Shown: piece after piece, positions 32,714 through 43,432 of the stretch
Position numbering within the stretch: the first letter of the stretch is position 1
Layout: each line of letters starts with the position of its first letter
Assembly (NCBI GenBank): GCA_035623825.1
Contig: DASPSR010000028.1
Span: 1 to 64,000 of the forward strand
DNA: 64,000 bases
From: Nitrospirota bacterium
GTDB lineage: Bacteria; Nitrospirota; UBA9217
Reading direction: 5' to 3'
Position numbers and translations under genes: made by a program
Notes under the pieces: generated by a model
The model's database searches: none
Told to the model about the DNA's origin: nothing
Seen by the model: the letters and a program-made list of their open reading frames with translations, nothing else

Positions 32714-33073
32714 GGCAAATCCAAAATCTCAAATAATCGCCAGGCATCCATCGCTAAAGCACCTGAATCCGGGAATAGAAACATCGTCCCTGTGAACTTG
32801 TTTGTGCCTGACATTTATTTATTCTTTGGTGGTATGTACTTGGAGCTTATTGTTTAATTTTTATTGAATCCGTACAGAATACGATATTTAGCTTCTTGAA
32901 TTATCAATGAGATACATGTTTTATCGCAACGACGCTCGAAATATGAACAAATTGAGTGAAATAAAACTGGAATATTTTTGCGGATAAATTGAATATTACT
33001 TATTCCGGTAAAAATATTATATCGTTTTCCGTTGGACATGTAAAATGTTTTTATGAAAAGATTCTTTCAACTA

Positions 33074-34531
33074 CTATTTTGCCGGTCCTAAATCAAAAAG
33101 AAGCCATTTCCCGCTGAGAAGAATTCTAACCCCGGGCGCTGAAACGAGGCGGTTGAACAGTACATATTTTGACTCATAATTTAAGCCCATGACATAACGT
33201 GAGTGGAAATGGTTACGGATGAGTTCGGCTGAATTCTCGGGACCGTTTCTAATGATGTCGAACCATTCGTCGTAAAGCTGAGGGTTTTGCATGTAAAAAA
33301 ATGTCGGATCAAGCGCGACGATGAATTTCCTATCAGGTAGAGCAAGCATGTACAACCCGGTATATTCCCAATCGGTTGTAAAAACCTGCGACCCGGGCGG
33401 TATCTGTTCTTGGAGGTACGGCCAGACCTCTTCTGCCAGGTCTTCTTGATGATTGAAGGCGTCAATAGCAAGTTGTGGGGCAAGAAGCAGACTCAGCGCG
33501 AGAGAGGCGACGGCTAGGACTGGGGGAAACCACTTCCACGTGATCCGATGCGAAAGAAGAGCCAAAGAGAGGACGGAGAAGGGGATGAGGTACTCCGCAA
33601 ATTTTCCAGACATGAGAGTGAAAATGAAGAAGACGACAGACGCAAGAGTGAAGGTGACGCCCATGCGGTCCTGCTTACGGTCTCTCCAGGCAAGAATACT
33701 AGCAGCGACCAGTATGGAGACTGTAGGCACCATCCAAGTCAACCATTCCTGCGGACTTAAAGGGAGCAGTTCATTGCCCATCTCAAAGTTGGCTCGTGAG
33801 CCGAGAGTGTTTTTGAAAAACATTTCGGTCATGTTGACCCAACTCGTTATGAAAACCTCTTTCCCGTTCGGATGGAGGAGGACCGATAATAGTATTGTCG
33901 AAAATACTATCAGGGCTGGTCGGAAAGAAACTTTCTTAGCCGAGAGGAATCTGCTTGCTTCGGCGATGGCGAGCATCATCAATGGCAGTTGCCAGAAAGC
34001 CACATACAACCAAGGATAAAGTGCTGCGGCGATGGCGAGAGCAGGTAGCTTTTCGCGACGGGCGGCCCATAGAATTACAGCTGCAAGGGCAACTGATAAA
34101 AGAAATGGCCGGACTAATGTGAAACGAAAGATGAAAAACGACGAAGCAGCAAGGGGGGCAATTGCCCAAATGGATGCGAGACGGACTTTTTCTCTCTCCA
34201 AAACGAAATACATCGTCCAAAGAAAGAGGGCTCCGCACAAAGTGCCGATGATCTTTGATGCAAGGATCCAGTCTACAGACGAGAGAGGGACAAATAACAG
34301 GTGAAAAAGGAGCTCTTTATCCCCATAGTGAGACGAGAGCCAACTAAAGGGGGTCCAGGGAAACGAATGAAGAATCCCATGCTTTGCAATTAATCGACCG
34401 ACAGCTGCGTGGTATGCTGTGTCGGCGTCAGGTGGGCATAAGACACTATACTGTATTAGTCCGGCGATAGAGAGTGCCGTCAAAAAAAAAGCAGGATGTT
34501 TAACAACCTGCCGATAGTCGAGATTTTTCAT
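33074..34531 (-). CDS. multi-pass membrane protein, probable GT-C fold glycosyltransferase
   Basis: About 11 TM segments, D.D..YH motif after TM1, RP motif, periplasmic C-terminal tail with V..DPTF; AT-rich. Confidence 0.6.
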   Translation of the reverse strand: MKNLDYRQVVKHPAFFLTALSIAGLIQYSVLCPPDADTAYHAAVGRLIAKHGILHSFPWTPFSWLSSHYGDKELLFHLLFVPLSSVDWILASKIIGTLCGALFLWTMYFVLEREKVRLASIWAIAPLAASSFFIFRFTLVRPFLLSVALAAVILWAARREKLPALAIAAALYPWLYVAFWQLPLMMLAIAEASRFLSAKKVSFRPALIVFSTILLSVLLHPNGKEVFITSWVNMTEMFFKNTLGSRANFEMGNELLPLSPQEWLTWMVPTVSILVAASILAWRDRKQDRMGVTFTLASVVFFIFTLMSGKFAEYLIPFSVLSLALLSHRITWKWFPPVLAVASLALSLLLAPQLAIDAFNHQEDLAEEVWPYLQEQIPPGSQVFTTDWEYTGLYMLALPDRKFIVALDPTFFYMQNPQLYDEWFDIIRNGPENSAELIRNHFHSRYVMGLNYESKYVLFNRLVSAPGVRILLSGKWLLFDLGPAK

Positions 34532-35438
34532 TGCAAACCGACAACAGTTGTTGTTCAACTTGAAATATTACAGGAAGAATCAGATTGCGCTCGATGAAAT
34601 TTTCCTGTATTTTTTGTCCAATAAGTGAAGAAAAATCAATCTCAAGAATATTCCCTTTGTTTTCGCAATATTACACTAGGTCCTAGCAAAATGCAATGCA
34701 ATTTCATTGATAGGATAAATTGACTAGTTGCCTTTTATTAGAAAATCAACAATTCACCTGTTATAATATTTCTGATGATATTCCTTTGAATAAAATACAC
34801 AGCGGAGCCAACCATTTGCTTCTGCTTCAACAATCCTCCAATTCCGGTATTGTTTTCACTGCCATTGAGTGCATCCCTCCTCTTCTTGCATGAGATGGCC
34901 AAAAGGAGAATACACTTTTCGTTATAGCGATTTACACAGTACCTTTCACACTACCTTGAGTCTCCACTGATTTGATTAACACCCAGAATAGTTGTACAAT
35001 ATGAAGGCGCTAAATTGGAATTAGGAAAGAAAGCCGAAATTTCAGCCAAGTGTGCAAGCCGTGGGGAGAAACGGCAAAAAAAAGAAGCGATTTTAGGGGT
35101 AGTTCCATAGGAGTAAGGTAGCTCGAGAACGCTGGAACCGCTGTAGTATAACAATTTCATCGAAGATGAAATTTTCCGGAAGAGTATCCTGCTCTTGTAT
35201 GGAAGGGACGAGTCCAGACGCGACGGTTTCACTTTGTTAATGGCTACGGTTTATGGATATTCAGGTCGATTCGAACGTCCTCACGAAATGACTAATGCCA
35301 GCCAGCAAATTGAACGACCGATCGTGATGTCCCGCGTGTATACCACCACCTTTCCATGGTGATATAATTGCGCAGATTTCCGTCGGAATTCAACATGGCG
35401 CTACCGGCCATACAAACAATTTATCAAGGACCTCGACG

Positions 35439-36866
35439 ATGATACCTGTATCAGCCAAAAAAAGAGATGTTATGGACCACATGGACCGGATGGCCGTGGA
35501 AAGAGATAAATATTTAAAAAGGAATTATTACTATTACGAAGACCTAATAAAAATGCTCAGATACAATATCCCCGAAGGCGCCTCGGTGTTGGAAATAGGC
35601 TGCGGCACCGGGTTTGTTTTAAACAGCTTGAAACCCTTAAGAGGCGTGGGCATTGATATCTCGGGAGAAATGATCAAGAAGGCGAAAGAAAGATATCCAC
35701 ATCTGGAGTTTCAACAGATGGATTCGGAGGATATAACCCTCGGTGAAACTTTTGATTACATCCTCATCACTGATACTCTCATATATTTAGAAGACATCCA
35801 GAAGGCATTCAAGGAGATGAAAAAAGTCTCTCATCCCGATACAAGGATATTGATAACATTGCATAATTTCTTGTGGTCGCCGATACTCGGCCTGGCTGAG
35901 TTCTTGAAACTGAAGATGCCCCAAAAAAGGCTTAATTGGCTGTCTGTTGAAGATATTGCCGGTCTTCTCTATGTGGAAAATTATGATGTCATAAAGCAAG
36001 GCAGAAGATTCCTTGTCCCCAGGTATCTTCCTGGAATCTCATGGTTGTTCAACAAGTTTGTTTCGCAACTGCCACCATTTAATCTTTTCTGTTTGACTGA
36101 ATATATCATTGCGAGACCGCTCGATGCGACCGCGATTGCAGGGCAAAAGAGCGTAAGTGTGGTAATTCCAGCAAGGAACGAAAAAGGGAATATAAGAAAT
36201 GCTGTTACGAGGATGCCCCAAATGGGCGAACACACGGAAATTATCTTTGTTGAGGGGCATTCCGGCGACGGGACCCTGGATGAAATAAGGAATGTATGTG
36301 AAGAATACAGGGATGATTGGGACATCAAATACACGGTCCAGGACGGTACAGGGAAAGGTGATGCCGTGCGAAAGGGATTTGCCATGGCTAAAGGAGACAT
36401 TCTGATGATACTGGATGCCGATTTGACTGTGCCACCCGAGGAGCTTCCAAAATTTTATGATGCCATTGCTTTTGGGAAGGGAGAATTCATAAATGGATCA
36501 AGGCTCATTTATCCCTTGGAAAAGGAAGCGATGAGGCTTTTGAATATGGCGGGAAATAAGTTTTTTTCTTTTATGTTTTCATGGATCCTCGGTCAACGGT
36601 TAAAAGACACCCTGTGCGGCACAAAAGTCCTTTCCAAAAAAAATTATGAAAGACTTATTTCAAACAGGAACTATTTTGGGGAATTTGATCCATTCGGTGA
36701 TTTTGATCTGATTTTCGGCGCTTCCAAGCTGAATCTGAAAATTGTTGAAATCCCCATCCGCTATCAGGCCAGGACATACGGCGAAACGAATATTTCACGG
36801 TTCAGGCATGGATGGTTATTATTAAAAATGACTTTATTCGGCATGAACAAAATTAAGTTTAATTAG
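35439..36866 (+). CDS. class I SAM methyltransferase fused to GT2 (DPM1-like) glycosyltransferase
   Basis: VLEIGCGTG and GIDIS; then SVVIPARNE, S.DGT, GKGDAV..G, ILDADL, DTLCGTK. Confidence 0.88.
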   Translation: MIPVSAKKRDVMDHMDRMAVERDKYLKRNYYYYEDLIKMLRYNIPEGASVLEIGCGTGFVLNSLKPLRGVGIDISGEMIKKAKERYPHLEFQQMDSEDITLGETFDYILITDTLIYLEDIQKAFKEMKKVSHPDTRILITLHNFLWSPILGLAEFLKLKMPQKRLNWLSVEDIAGLLYVENYDVIKQGRRFLVPRYLPGISWLFNKFVSQLPPFNLFCLTEYIIARPLDATAIAGQKSVSVVIPARNEKGNIRNAVTRMPQMGEHTEIIFVEGHSGDGTLDEIRNVCEEYRDDWDIKYTVQDGTGKGDAVRKGFAMAKGDILMILDADLTVPPEELPKFYDAIAFGKGEFINGSRLIYPLEKEAMRLLNMAGNKFFSFMFSWILGQRLKDTLCGTKVLSKKNYERLISNRNYFGEFDPFGDFDLIFGASKLNLKIVEIPIRYQARTYGETNISRFRHGWLLLKMTLFGMNKIKFN

Positions 36867-36911
36867 CGTATTTTTTTGCTTCTATGTGTTAGATGTTACT
36901 GAAAAGGAGAA

Positions 36912-39353
36912 ATGCTCCAGGGAAAGGCGTTGCCGGCAGGCTCGGTTCAGAAACTTTATAAAATCCTTATGACGCAAAGATTTCTCGAAAAAATAATTTC
37001 TCATAGGACAAAAAGCCTTAAATATTATCTTGCGGTTTCGCTTTCTCTGATAACTTTTTTGGTTTATCTCGCATCCCTTCGAAACGATTTCGTCAACTGG
37101 GACGATGATCTGAATGTATATAACAACCTACACATTCGTTCGTTGAATGCATCTTTCTTCAAGTGGGCCTTTCTGAATATCTCCCAAGTTGACTACTGGC
37201 GTCCGCTTTCTTACCTTTCCCATGCACTGGATTATGCCGTGTGGGGTTTAAACCCCTTGGGACATCATCTGACCAACAATATCCTCCATGCGGTCAATAC
37301 GTTTTTGGTGGTAATTCTGGTTGTGAGGCTTCTTTCGATTGTAAATGAAAAAGCCGCCCTTTCTTCTATCCACCCGCCTCAAAAGGAGGGTACAGCAATT
37401 CCCCTCGCCCCGTCCGGGGAGGGGGAAGGGGTGGGGACAATTTTCATCGCCGCTGCGACCACCGGCCTTCTCTTCGGTCTTCATCCTCTTCATGTGGAAT
37501 CCGTGGTATGGGTTACCGAAAGGAAGGACCTCCTGTGCGCTTTGTTCTTCCTGTTGAGTATCTTGGCGTATATTGAATATGGAGGCAGCATAACGCTTTT
37601 ATTGCCCTCTTATTTTAAGCGGGGCTGGCGCAGCTGGGAGCCTTTTCTCCTCTCCCTTGCCTTATTCACCCTCGCCCTCATGAGCAAGCCGATGGCCGTT
37701 ACCCTCCCTATTGTTTTGCTGATTCTAGACTGGTATCCTCTTGAGAGAATAAGAACTCTCAGAACATTTTGGAACGCCCTTGTCGAGAAACTCCCTTTTA
37801 TTGCCTTAAGTTTTATTGCCTCAATTTTGGCAGTTATGGCCCAAAAGGCGGTCGGGGCTATGACAATGACGGAATCCGTGCCTTTGTCATTGCGGGTGTC
37901 TGTGGCTGCCAAATCTTTTATTGGTTATGTCGGGAAGATGATTCTGCCAACAAATTTAATCCCGTTTTATCCCTATCCAAAGGACATATCCCCTATGTCT
38001 TTATCATATCTTCTCCCGGTTGTTTCAATGGTTGGGATCACGCTGATCTGCATAATCATAGCAAGGAAACGACGATCATGGTTATCGCTCTGGGCTTATT
38101 ATGTTGTAACCTTAATTCCAGTCATAGGTCTTGTTCAGGTGGGAAAGCAAGCAATGGCTGACAGGTATACTTATTTGCCTAGCCTAGGACCTTTCCTTAT
38201 GGCGGGCTTAGCGATGGCGTGGGGTTGGAGCAGGGTGAATACCCCCGGGAGAATGAGTGCCGTCGTCAAACTATTCGGCATTTCGGCATTCATGCTTTTG
38301 TCCGCCACTATGATGTATTTGACCTTTGAGCAGACAGGGATTTGGAAAGACAGTATGACGCTATGGAGCTACGTTATAGAAAAAGAACCTGAATCGGCAC
38401 CTTTTGCCTATAATAATCGAGGCCTGGTCTTTGACAAAGTGGGAAAGCTGGATAAGGCGATAGAGGACTATGACAAGGCAATTGCCCTGTCTCCTTCTTA
38501 TGCTCTTGCTTATAATAATCGAGGCTTGGTCTTTGACAAAATGGGAAGGCTGGATAAGGCAAAGGAGGACTATGATAAGGCAATTGCCCTGGCTCCTTCT
38601 TATTCTTACGCCTATATTAATCGAGGCTTGGTCTTTGACAAAATGGGAAGGCTGGATAAGGCAATAGAGGACTATGACAAGGCAATTGCCCTGTCTCCTT
38701 CTGATCCTAACGTCTATAATAATCGAGGCTTGGTCTTTCACAAAATGGGAAGGCTAGATAAGGCAAAGGAGGACTATGACAGGGCAATCGCTTTTAACCC
38801 GTCTTATCCTAACGCCTATTATAATCGGGGCTCGGTCTTTGCCCAAATGGGAATGTTCGACAAAGCAATGGAGGACTATGATAAGGCAATTGCCCTTGCT
38901 CCTTCTGATCCTAACGTCTATAATAATCGAGGTGTAGTCCTTGAGAAAATGGGAAGGGTCGACAAGGCGATGGAGGATTATGACAAGGCAATTGCCCTGG
39001 CTCCTTCTTATGCTCTTGCTTATAATAATCGAGGCTTGGTATTTGACAAAATGGGAAGGTTCGATAAGGCAATAGAGGATTATGACAGGGCAATTGACTT
39101 GAACCCGTCCGATCCAAACGCCTATTATAATCGGGGACTAGTCTTTGCCAAAATGGGGAGGCTAGATAAGTCAAGGGAGGATTATGACAAGGCAATTGCT
39201 TTGAATCCTTCTGATCCTGACGTCTATTATAATCGGGGCTTGGTCTTTGACAAAATGGGAAGGCTTGATAAGGCAATTGCAGATTTCAAGAAATCGTGTG
39301 ATTTAGGACATAGAGAAGGCTGCAGAGCAGCGCAGACTTTAAGGAGACGATAG
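36912..39353 (+). CDS. TMTC-like GT-C glycosyltransferase with C-terminal TPR array
   Basis: WDD, YWRPL, HPLHVESV.W..ERKD, SKP.AV, ADRYTYLP, then 9 TPRs. Confidence 0.88.
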   Translation: MLQGKALPAGSVQKLYKILMTQRFLEKIISHRTKSLKYYLAVSLSLITFLVYLASLRNDFVNWDDDLNVYNNLHIRSLNASFFKWAFLNISQVDYWRPLSYLSHALDYAVWGLNPLGHHLTNNILHAVNTFLVVILVVRLLSIVNEKAALSSIHPPQKEGTAIPLAPSGEGEGVGTIFIAAATTGLLFGLHPLHVESVVWVTERKDLLCALFFLLSILAYIEYGGSITLLLPSYFKRGWRSWEPFLLSLALFTLALMSKPMAVTLPIVLLILDWYPLERIRTLRTFWNALVEKLPFIALSFIASILAVMAQKAVGAMTMTESVPLSLRVSVAAKSFIGYVGKMILPTNLIPFYPYPKDISPMSLSYLLPVVSMVGITLICIIIARKRRSWLSLWAYYVVTLIPVIGLVQVGKQAMADRYTYLPSLGPFLMAGLAMAWGWSRVNTPGRMSAVVKLFGISAFMLLSATMMYLTFEQTGIWKDSMTLWSYVIEKEPESAPFAYNNRGLVFDKVGKLDKAIEDYDKAIALSPSYALAYNNRGLVFDKMGRLDKAKEDYDKAIALAPSYSYAYINRGLVFDKMGRLDKAIEDYDKAIALSPSDPNVYNNRGLVFHKMGRLDKAKEDYDRAIAFNPSYPNAYYNRGSVFAQMGMFDKAMEDYDKAIALAPSDPNVYNNRGVVLEKMGRVDKAMEDYDKAIALAPSYALAYNNRGLVFDKMGRFDKAIEDYDRAIDLNPSDPNAYYNRGLVFAKMGRLDKSREDYDKAIALNPSDPDVYYNRGLVFDKMGRLDKAIADFKKSCDLGHREGCRAAQTLRRR
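38400..39317 (+). repeat. nine tandem 102-bp TPR-coding repeats
   Basis: Near-identical 34-aa units AYNNRGLVFDKMGRLDKAIEDYDKAIAL.PS with strong DNA-level similarity. Confidence 0.92.
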
Positions 39354-39494
39354 TCACCCAATTGCCCATGCCAACCAGACAAAAACCAGAACGAATGTAA
39401 AATAAACGGCATGCGCAATTTAACAAGCAGGGCACCAAGAATTTCACTTTATGTGTTATTTCTTTTCACCTTATGTGTTCTCCGACAGCTGCTC

Positions 39495-42131
39495 CTACTT
39501 CCCATGACACTTCTTGTACTTCTTCCCGCTGCCGCACGGGCAGGGGTCGTTCCGTCCGACCTTCGCGCCGACATGCACCGGCTCGGCTGCCTTGGCCGCG
39601 GCATCTCCCGCGCCGACAAAGCTGAGGGACGCGATCTGCCGGCGCTGCCTCCGCTCGATTTCTTGCCCCTGCTCCTTGGCGGCTACCTTGATTCTGAAGA
39701 GGTTTTCGACGGTCGATTCGACGATGCGCTGTTTCATCTCCTCAAACATCTCGAAGCCTTCTTTTTTATATTCGATGAGCGGGTCCTTTTGGCCGTAGCC
39801 GCGCAGGCCGATGCCTTCCTTCAGGTGGTCCATGGCGAGGAGATGGTCCTTCCACTGATGGTCTACTGCCTGCAGCATGAACACTTTCTCGAGGTGGCGC
39901 ATCAGCTCAGCGCCGATTTGCTGCTCCTTATCATCGTAGTTCTTGTTGATCGCTTGCCAGAGCTTCTCGCGGAATTCCTCCCGGGACAGGGTCTGCGGGT
40001 CAATACCGGTCATACGGTACGAGAACTTTGCCGCTAACGCGTCCGTGAGGCCCGTGATGTCCCAGGTCTCGGGATAGGCATCCTCCGGGCAGTAGAAGGC
40101 GATCATGCCGTCCAGCATGTCCTCTGCCAGGCCGAGCACTTCTTCCTTCAGATCCACGCCAGCGAGGATCTGCCTCCTTTGCTCATAGATCACCTTGCGT
40201 TGCTGGTTCATTACGTCGTCGTATTCCAGGATGTGCTTGCGCACTTCGAAGTTGTGAGCCTCGACCTTCTTCTGGGCGTTCTCGATGGCGCGCGAAACCA
40301 TGCGGTGCTCGATCGGCACTTCTTCCTCCATGCCGAGCTTGCCCATGAGGCCGGCGATGCGGTCGGAGCCGAAAATCCGGAGGAGGTCGTCTTCGAGCGA
40401 GAGGTAGAACCGCGAGGAACCGGGGTCGCCCTGCCTGCCTGACCGTCCGCGGAGCTGGTTGTCGATCCGGCGGGCCTCGTGCCGTTCGGTACCGAGGATA
40501 TGAAGTCCGCCCGCTGTAATTACCTTTTCCTTTTCAGCGGTACAATGGGTCTTGAACTCTGCAAGAGCCTGTTCCCATTCTGCTTTCGTATACTCCTTGC
40601 CCTTGAGCGACTGGCGCGTGAGCCCCTCTGGATTGCCGCCGAGGACGATGTCAGTGCCGCGGCCTGCCATGTTTGTGGCGATCGTGACCGCCCCGAACCG
40701 CCCCGCCTGGGCCACGATCTCGGCCTCCATCTCGTGGTACTTGGCGTTCAATACGGTGTGCCTGATGCCCTTCTTCTTGAGCATCGAAGACAGTGTCTCG
40801 GACTTCACAATGGAAATCGTGCCTACAAGCACAGGCTGCCCTTTCTTGTGCCTATCCTCGATCTCTTTGATTGCCGAATTGAACTTGCCCGTCTCTGTCT
40901 TGTAGATGAAGTCGGAATTGTCCGATCGGATCATGGGCCGGTGGGTGGGAATCACGACGACGTCAAGGTTGTAGATCTTCGCGAACTCCGCTGCTTCGGT
41001 CTCCGCCGTGCCGGTCATGCCGGCGAGCTTGCCGTAGAGGCGGAAATAGTTCTGGAATGTTATGGACGCCAGCGTCTGGTTCTCGTTCTCGATCTTCACT
41101 CCTTCCTTGGCCTCGATGGCCTGGTGCAAGCCGTCGCTCCAGCGTCTGCCCGGCATGAGCCTGCCGGTGAACTCGTCGACGATCATGACCTGATTGTCCT
41201 TGACCACGTAATCCACATCGCGGTGGAACAGGGCGTGCGCCTTGAGCGCCTGATGCACATGGTGCACCAGGTCTACGTTGGAAGGATCATAGAGGTTGCC
41301 CGCTCCGAGCATCCGTTCGACCTTGATGTTCCCCTCCTCGGTGAGGGCCGCAGTCTTGGTCTTCTCCTCAATGGTATAATCAGCGTCCTTCTTCAGGTTG
41401 GGAATGATGCGGTCGATCTTGTAGTACTTGTCCGTTGACTCTTCCGTGGGGCCCGAAATGATGAGCGGCGTCCTCGCCTCGTCTATGAGGATCGAGTCCA
41501 CCTCGTCCACGATGGCGTAATTCAGCTCGCGCTGGACATAATCCGAGAGATCGAACTTCATGTTGTCCCGAAGATAGTCAAACCCGAACTCGTTGTTGGT
41601 GCCATAGGTTACATCCGCACCGTATGCATTCTGGCGCTGCTCGTCCGTAAGGCCATGGACGATCACGCCGACGGTGAGCCCGAGATAGGTGTAGACGGGC
41701 CCCATCCACTGCGCGTCGCGCCGGGCAAGATAATCGTTCACCGTTACAACATGCACTCCCTTGCCAGTGAGACTGTTCAGGTACACGGGCAGCGTGGCTA
41801 CGAGGGTCTTGCCTTCGCCCGTCTTCATCTCGGAGATCTTGCCCTCATGAAGCACGATGCCGCCGATCAGCTGCACGTCGAAGTGCCGCATCCCGATCAC
41901 CCGCTTGGAAGTCTCGCGTACGACGGCAAAGGCATCGGGGAGGATATCGTCGAGCGTCTCCCCGTCATCGATCCGCTTCTTGAACTCGCCTGTCTTTGCC
42001 TTTAATTGCTCATCCGTGAGACGGGATAGTTCAGGCTCACGAGCATTTATCTGCTCCACAAGGGACTGAATGCGTTTCAGCTCCCGGTCGTTTTTTGTAC
42101 CGATAACTTTCTTAAGAATTGCTCCGATCAT
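39495..42131 (-). CDS. secA: preprotein translocase subunit SecA
   Basis: [45 protein letters not shown]-terminal [13 protein letters not shown]. Confidence 0.99.
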   Translation of the reverse strand: MIGAILKKVIGTKNDRELKRIQSLVEQINAREPELSRLTDEQLKAKTGEFKKRIDDGETLDDILPDAFAVVRETSKRVIGMRHFDVQLIGGIVLHEGKISEMKTGEGKTLVATLPVYLNSLTGKGVHVVTVNDYLARRDAQWMGPVYTYLGLTVGVIVHGLTDEQRQNAYGADVTYGTNNEFGFDYLRDNMKFDLSDYVQRELNYAIVDEVDSILIDEARTPLIISGPTEESTDKYYKIDRIIPNLKKDADYTIEEKTKTAALTEEGNIKVERMLGAGNLYDPSNVDLVHHVHQALKAHALFHRDVDYVVKDNQVMIVDEFTGRLMPGRRWSDGLHQAIEAKEGVKIENENQTLASITFQNYFRLYGKLAGMTGTAETEAAEFAKIYNLDVVVIPTHRPMIRSDNSDFIYKTETGKFNSAIKEIEDRHKKGQPVLVGTISIVKSETLSSMLKKKGIRHTVLNAKYHEMEAEIVAQAGRFGAVTIATNMAGRGTDIVLGGNPEGLTRQSLKGKEYTKAEWEQALAEFKTHCTAEKEKVITAGGLHILGTERHEARRIDNQLRGRSGRQGDPGSSRFYLSLEDDLLRIFGSDRIAGLMGKLGMEEEVPIEHRMVSRAIENAQKKVEAHNFEVRKHILEYDDVMNQQRKVIYEQRRQILAGVDLKEEVLGLAEDMLDGMIAFYCPEDAYPETWDITGLTDALAAKFSYRMTGIDPQTLSREEFREKLWQAINKNYDDKEQQIGAELMRHLEKVFMLQAVDHQWKDHLLAMDHLKEGIGLRGYGQKDPLIEYKKEGFEMFEEMKQRIVESTVENLFRIKVAAKEQGQEIERRQRRQIASLSFVGAGDAAAKAAEPVHVGAKVGRNDPCPCGSGKKYKKCHGK

Positions 42132-42166
42132 CTATCTTGTCTCCGGTTTCTCTTAGAATAACATGC

Positions 42167-42195
42167 ATTTTAATCATTTTCAGCCGGCAATTCAA
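42167..42195 (-). promoter_or_regulatory. secA sigma70 promoter
   Basis: TTGAAT-17-TAAAAT about 35 nt upstream of the ATG. Confidence 0.6.
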
Positions 42196-42643
42196 GGGGA
42201 AAGATAGCAACAGACGGAGATCCTGGTATCTGGGATGCCGTGCGAGTAAAACACGAGCTGGTTCCCTCTCGCCTGACAGTAGTGACACCTTGATGGGCAG
42301 AAATTGGCCTCAGTGGCCGCTTTGGTGCACCAAGGGTTTGACCGGAGGACACTTATCACATCATCTGCGGTATAACGCTCAAGGATGAAATAGCTCAGCT
42401 CCATCCTCGCGCACTCGGCCTTGATGAGGCATCTTGTTCCAGCTGTTGCTCGGGCTTCTCGCGGAAAGGCGCTGCGTCCCGCAAGCAGCTGGCTGTCGTA
42501 AAAGCGATTGTCTGACATGTCGGTACGGCCAACACTCCAAGACGCGTTCGAAAAAAAATAAAACCGGTGTTTTTAATTATTAATCGTTTAAAATATTAAT
42601 TATTGCTTGACAATAAAACGCATTACATGTTAAAAAAGTAACT

Positions 42644-42976
42644 ATGAAAACCATGATATCCGATAAGTCCCTGTACGAAATGCAGGCCGAAATATGCAAA
42701 ACGCTCACAAACCCGAAGAGAATAGAGATCCTGAACACGCTAAAAAATGAAGAGAAGACGGTGACCGAACTGGTCGCCGCGCTCGGCGCCTCAAAAGCAA
42801 ATGTGTCCCAGCATCTCGCGGTGATGAGACACAAAGGCATACTGTCGACGAGGCGGGTCGGCGTAAATATATATTATAGAGTCTCGAACCCAAAGGTCAT
42901 TGAGGCATGTGCCTTAATGAAGGAGGTTCTGTTCGATCAGCACGCAGCCAGAAAAAAAACCATAACCGGTGCATGA
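42644..42976 (+). CDS. ArsR/SmtB family transcriptional regulator
   Basis: K.L.NP.RIEIL..L, ANVSQHLAVMR..GI...RR.G..IYY; Cys near both ends. Confidence 0.92.
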   Translation: MKTMISDKSLYEMQAEICKTLTNPKRIEILNTLKNEEKTVTELVAALGASKANVSQHLAVMRHKGILSTRRVGVNIYYRVSNPKVIEACALMKEVLFDQHAARKKTITGA

Positions 42977-43127
42977 AATTCAGCGTAGTGATTGTAGCGC
43001 CTTTTTGTCAACATGTTTTAATATTACAATAAGCAATAGGGTCTGGGGACGGTTTCAGCACGACCCGCCTAAAAGGCAGGCAGCGTGAGTCCGCAGCTTC
43101 AGAGGCGAGAGATCAACCGGCAGGATG

Positions 43128-43165
43128 CAAAACAAAACCCCGAAGATGGGGGGCCCTTCGGGGTC
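43128..43165 (-). terminator. intrinsic terminator after cold-shock gene
   Basis: Minus strand ACCCCGAAG...CTTCGGGGT stem followed by TTTGTTTT. Confidence 0.65.
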
Positions 43166-43225
43166 ATTTACCAACAATAAAACGCGGCAAAACCATGCGC
43201 GAAAAACCCGCAGAGGGTGTTCTCG

Positions 43226-43432
43226 TTAGGAAGATTTCATCACATTGGATGCCTGAGGGCCTTTTTCGCCCTGCGTGATCTCAAATTCGACAAGTTGACC
43301 TTCGGCTAGCGTCTTGTATCCTTCGCCCTGGATCGCTGAATAGTGCACGAAGACGTCTCTTCCGCCTCCATCAGGCTCGATGAATCCGTACCCTTTCGAT
43401 TCGTTGAACCACTTCACTTTCCCGGTAGTCAT
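43226..43432 (-). CDS. cold-shock protein (CspA family)
   Basis: [27 protein letters not shown]; AAGGAGG RBS. Confidence 0.97.
   Translation of the reverse strand: MTTGKVKWFNESKGYGFIEPDGGGRDVFVHYSAIQGEGYKTLAEGQLVEFEITQGEKGPQASNVMKSS

Noticed and set aside
34951-35232. 93-aa minus-strand ORF in the island spacer
   Set aside because: Ser-rich atypical composition and no clear RBS
38400-39317. Regular repeats as a possible CRISPR array
   Set aside because: 102-bp in-frame coding units with no unique spacers and no cas genes
42192-42518. 108-aa Cys-rich ORF upstream of secA
   Set aside because: No RBS or recognisable motif and it runs into the secA promoter; cannot be supported without a homology search
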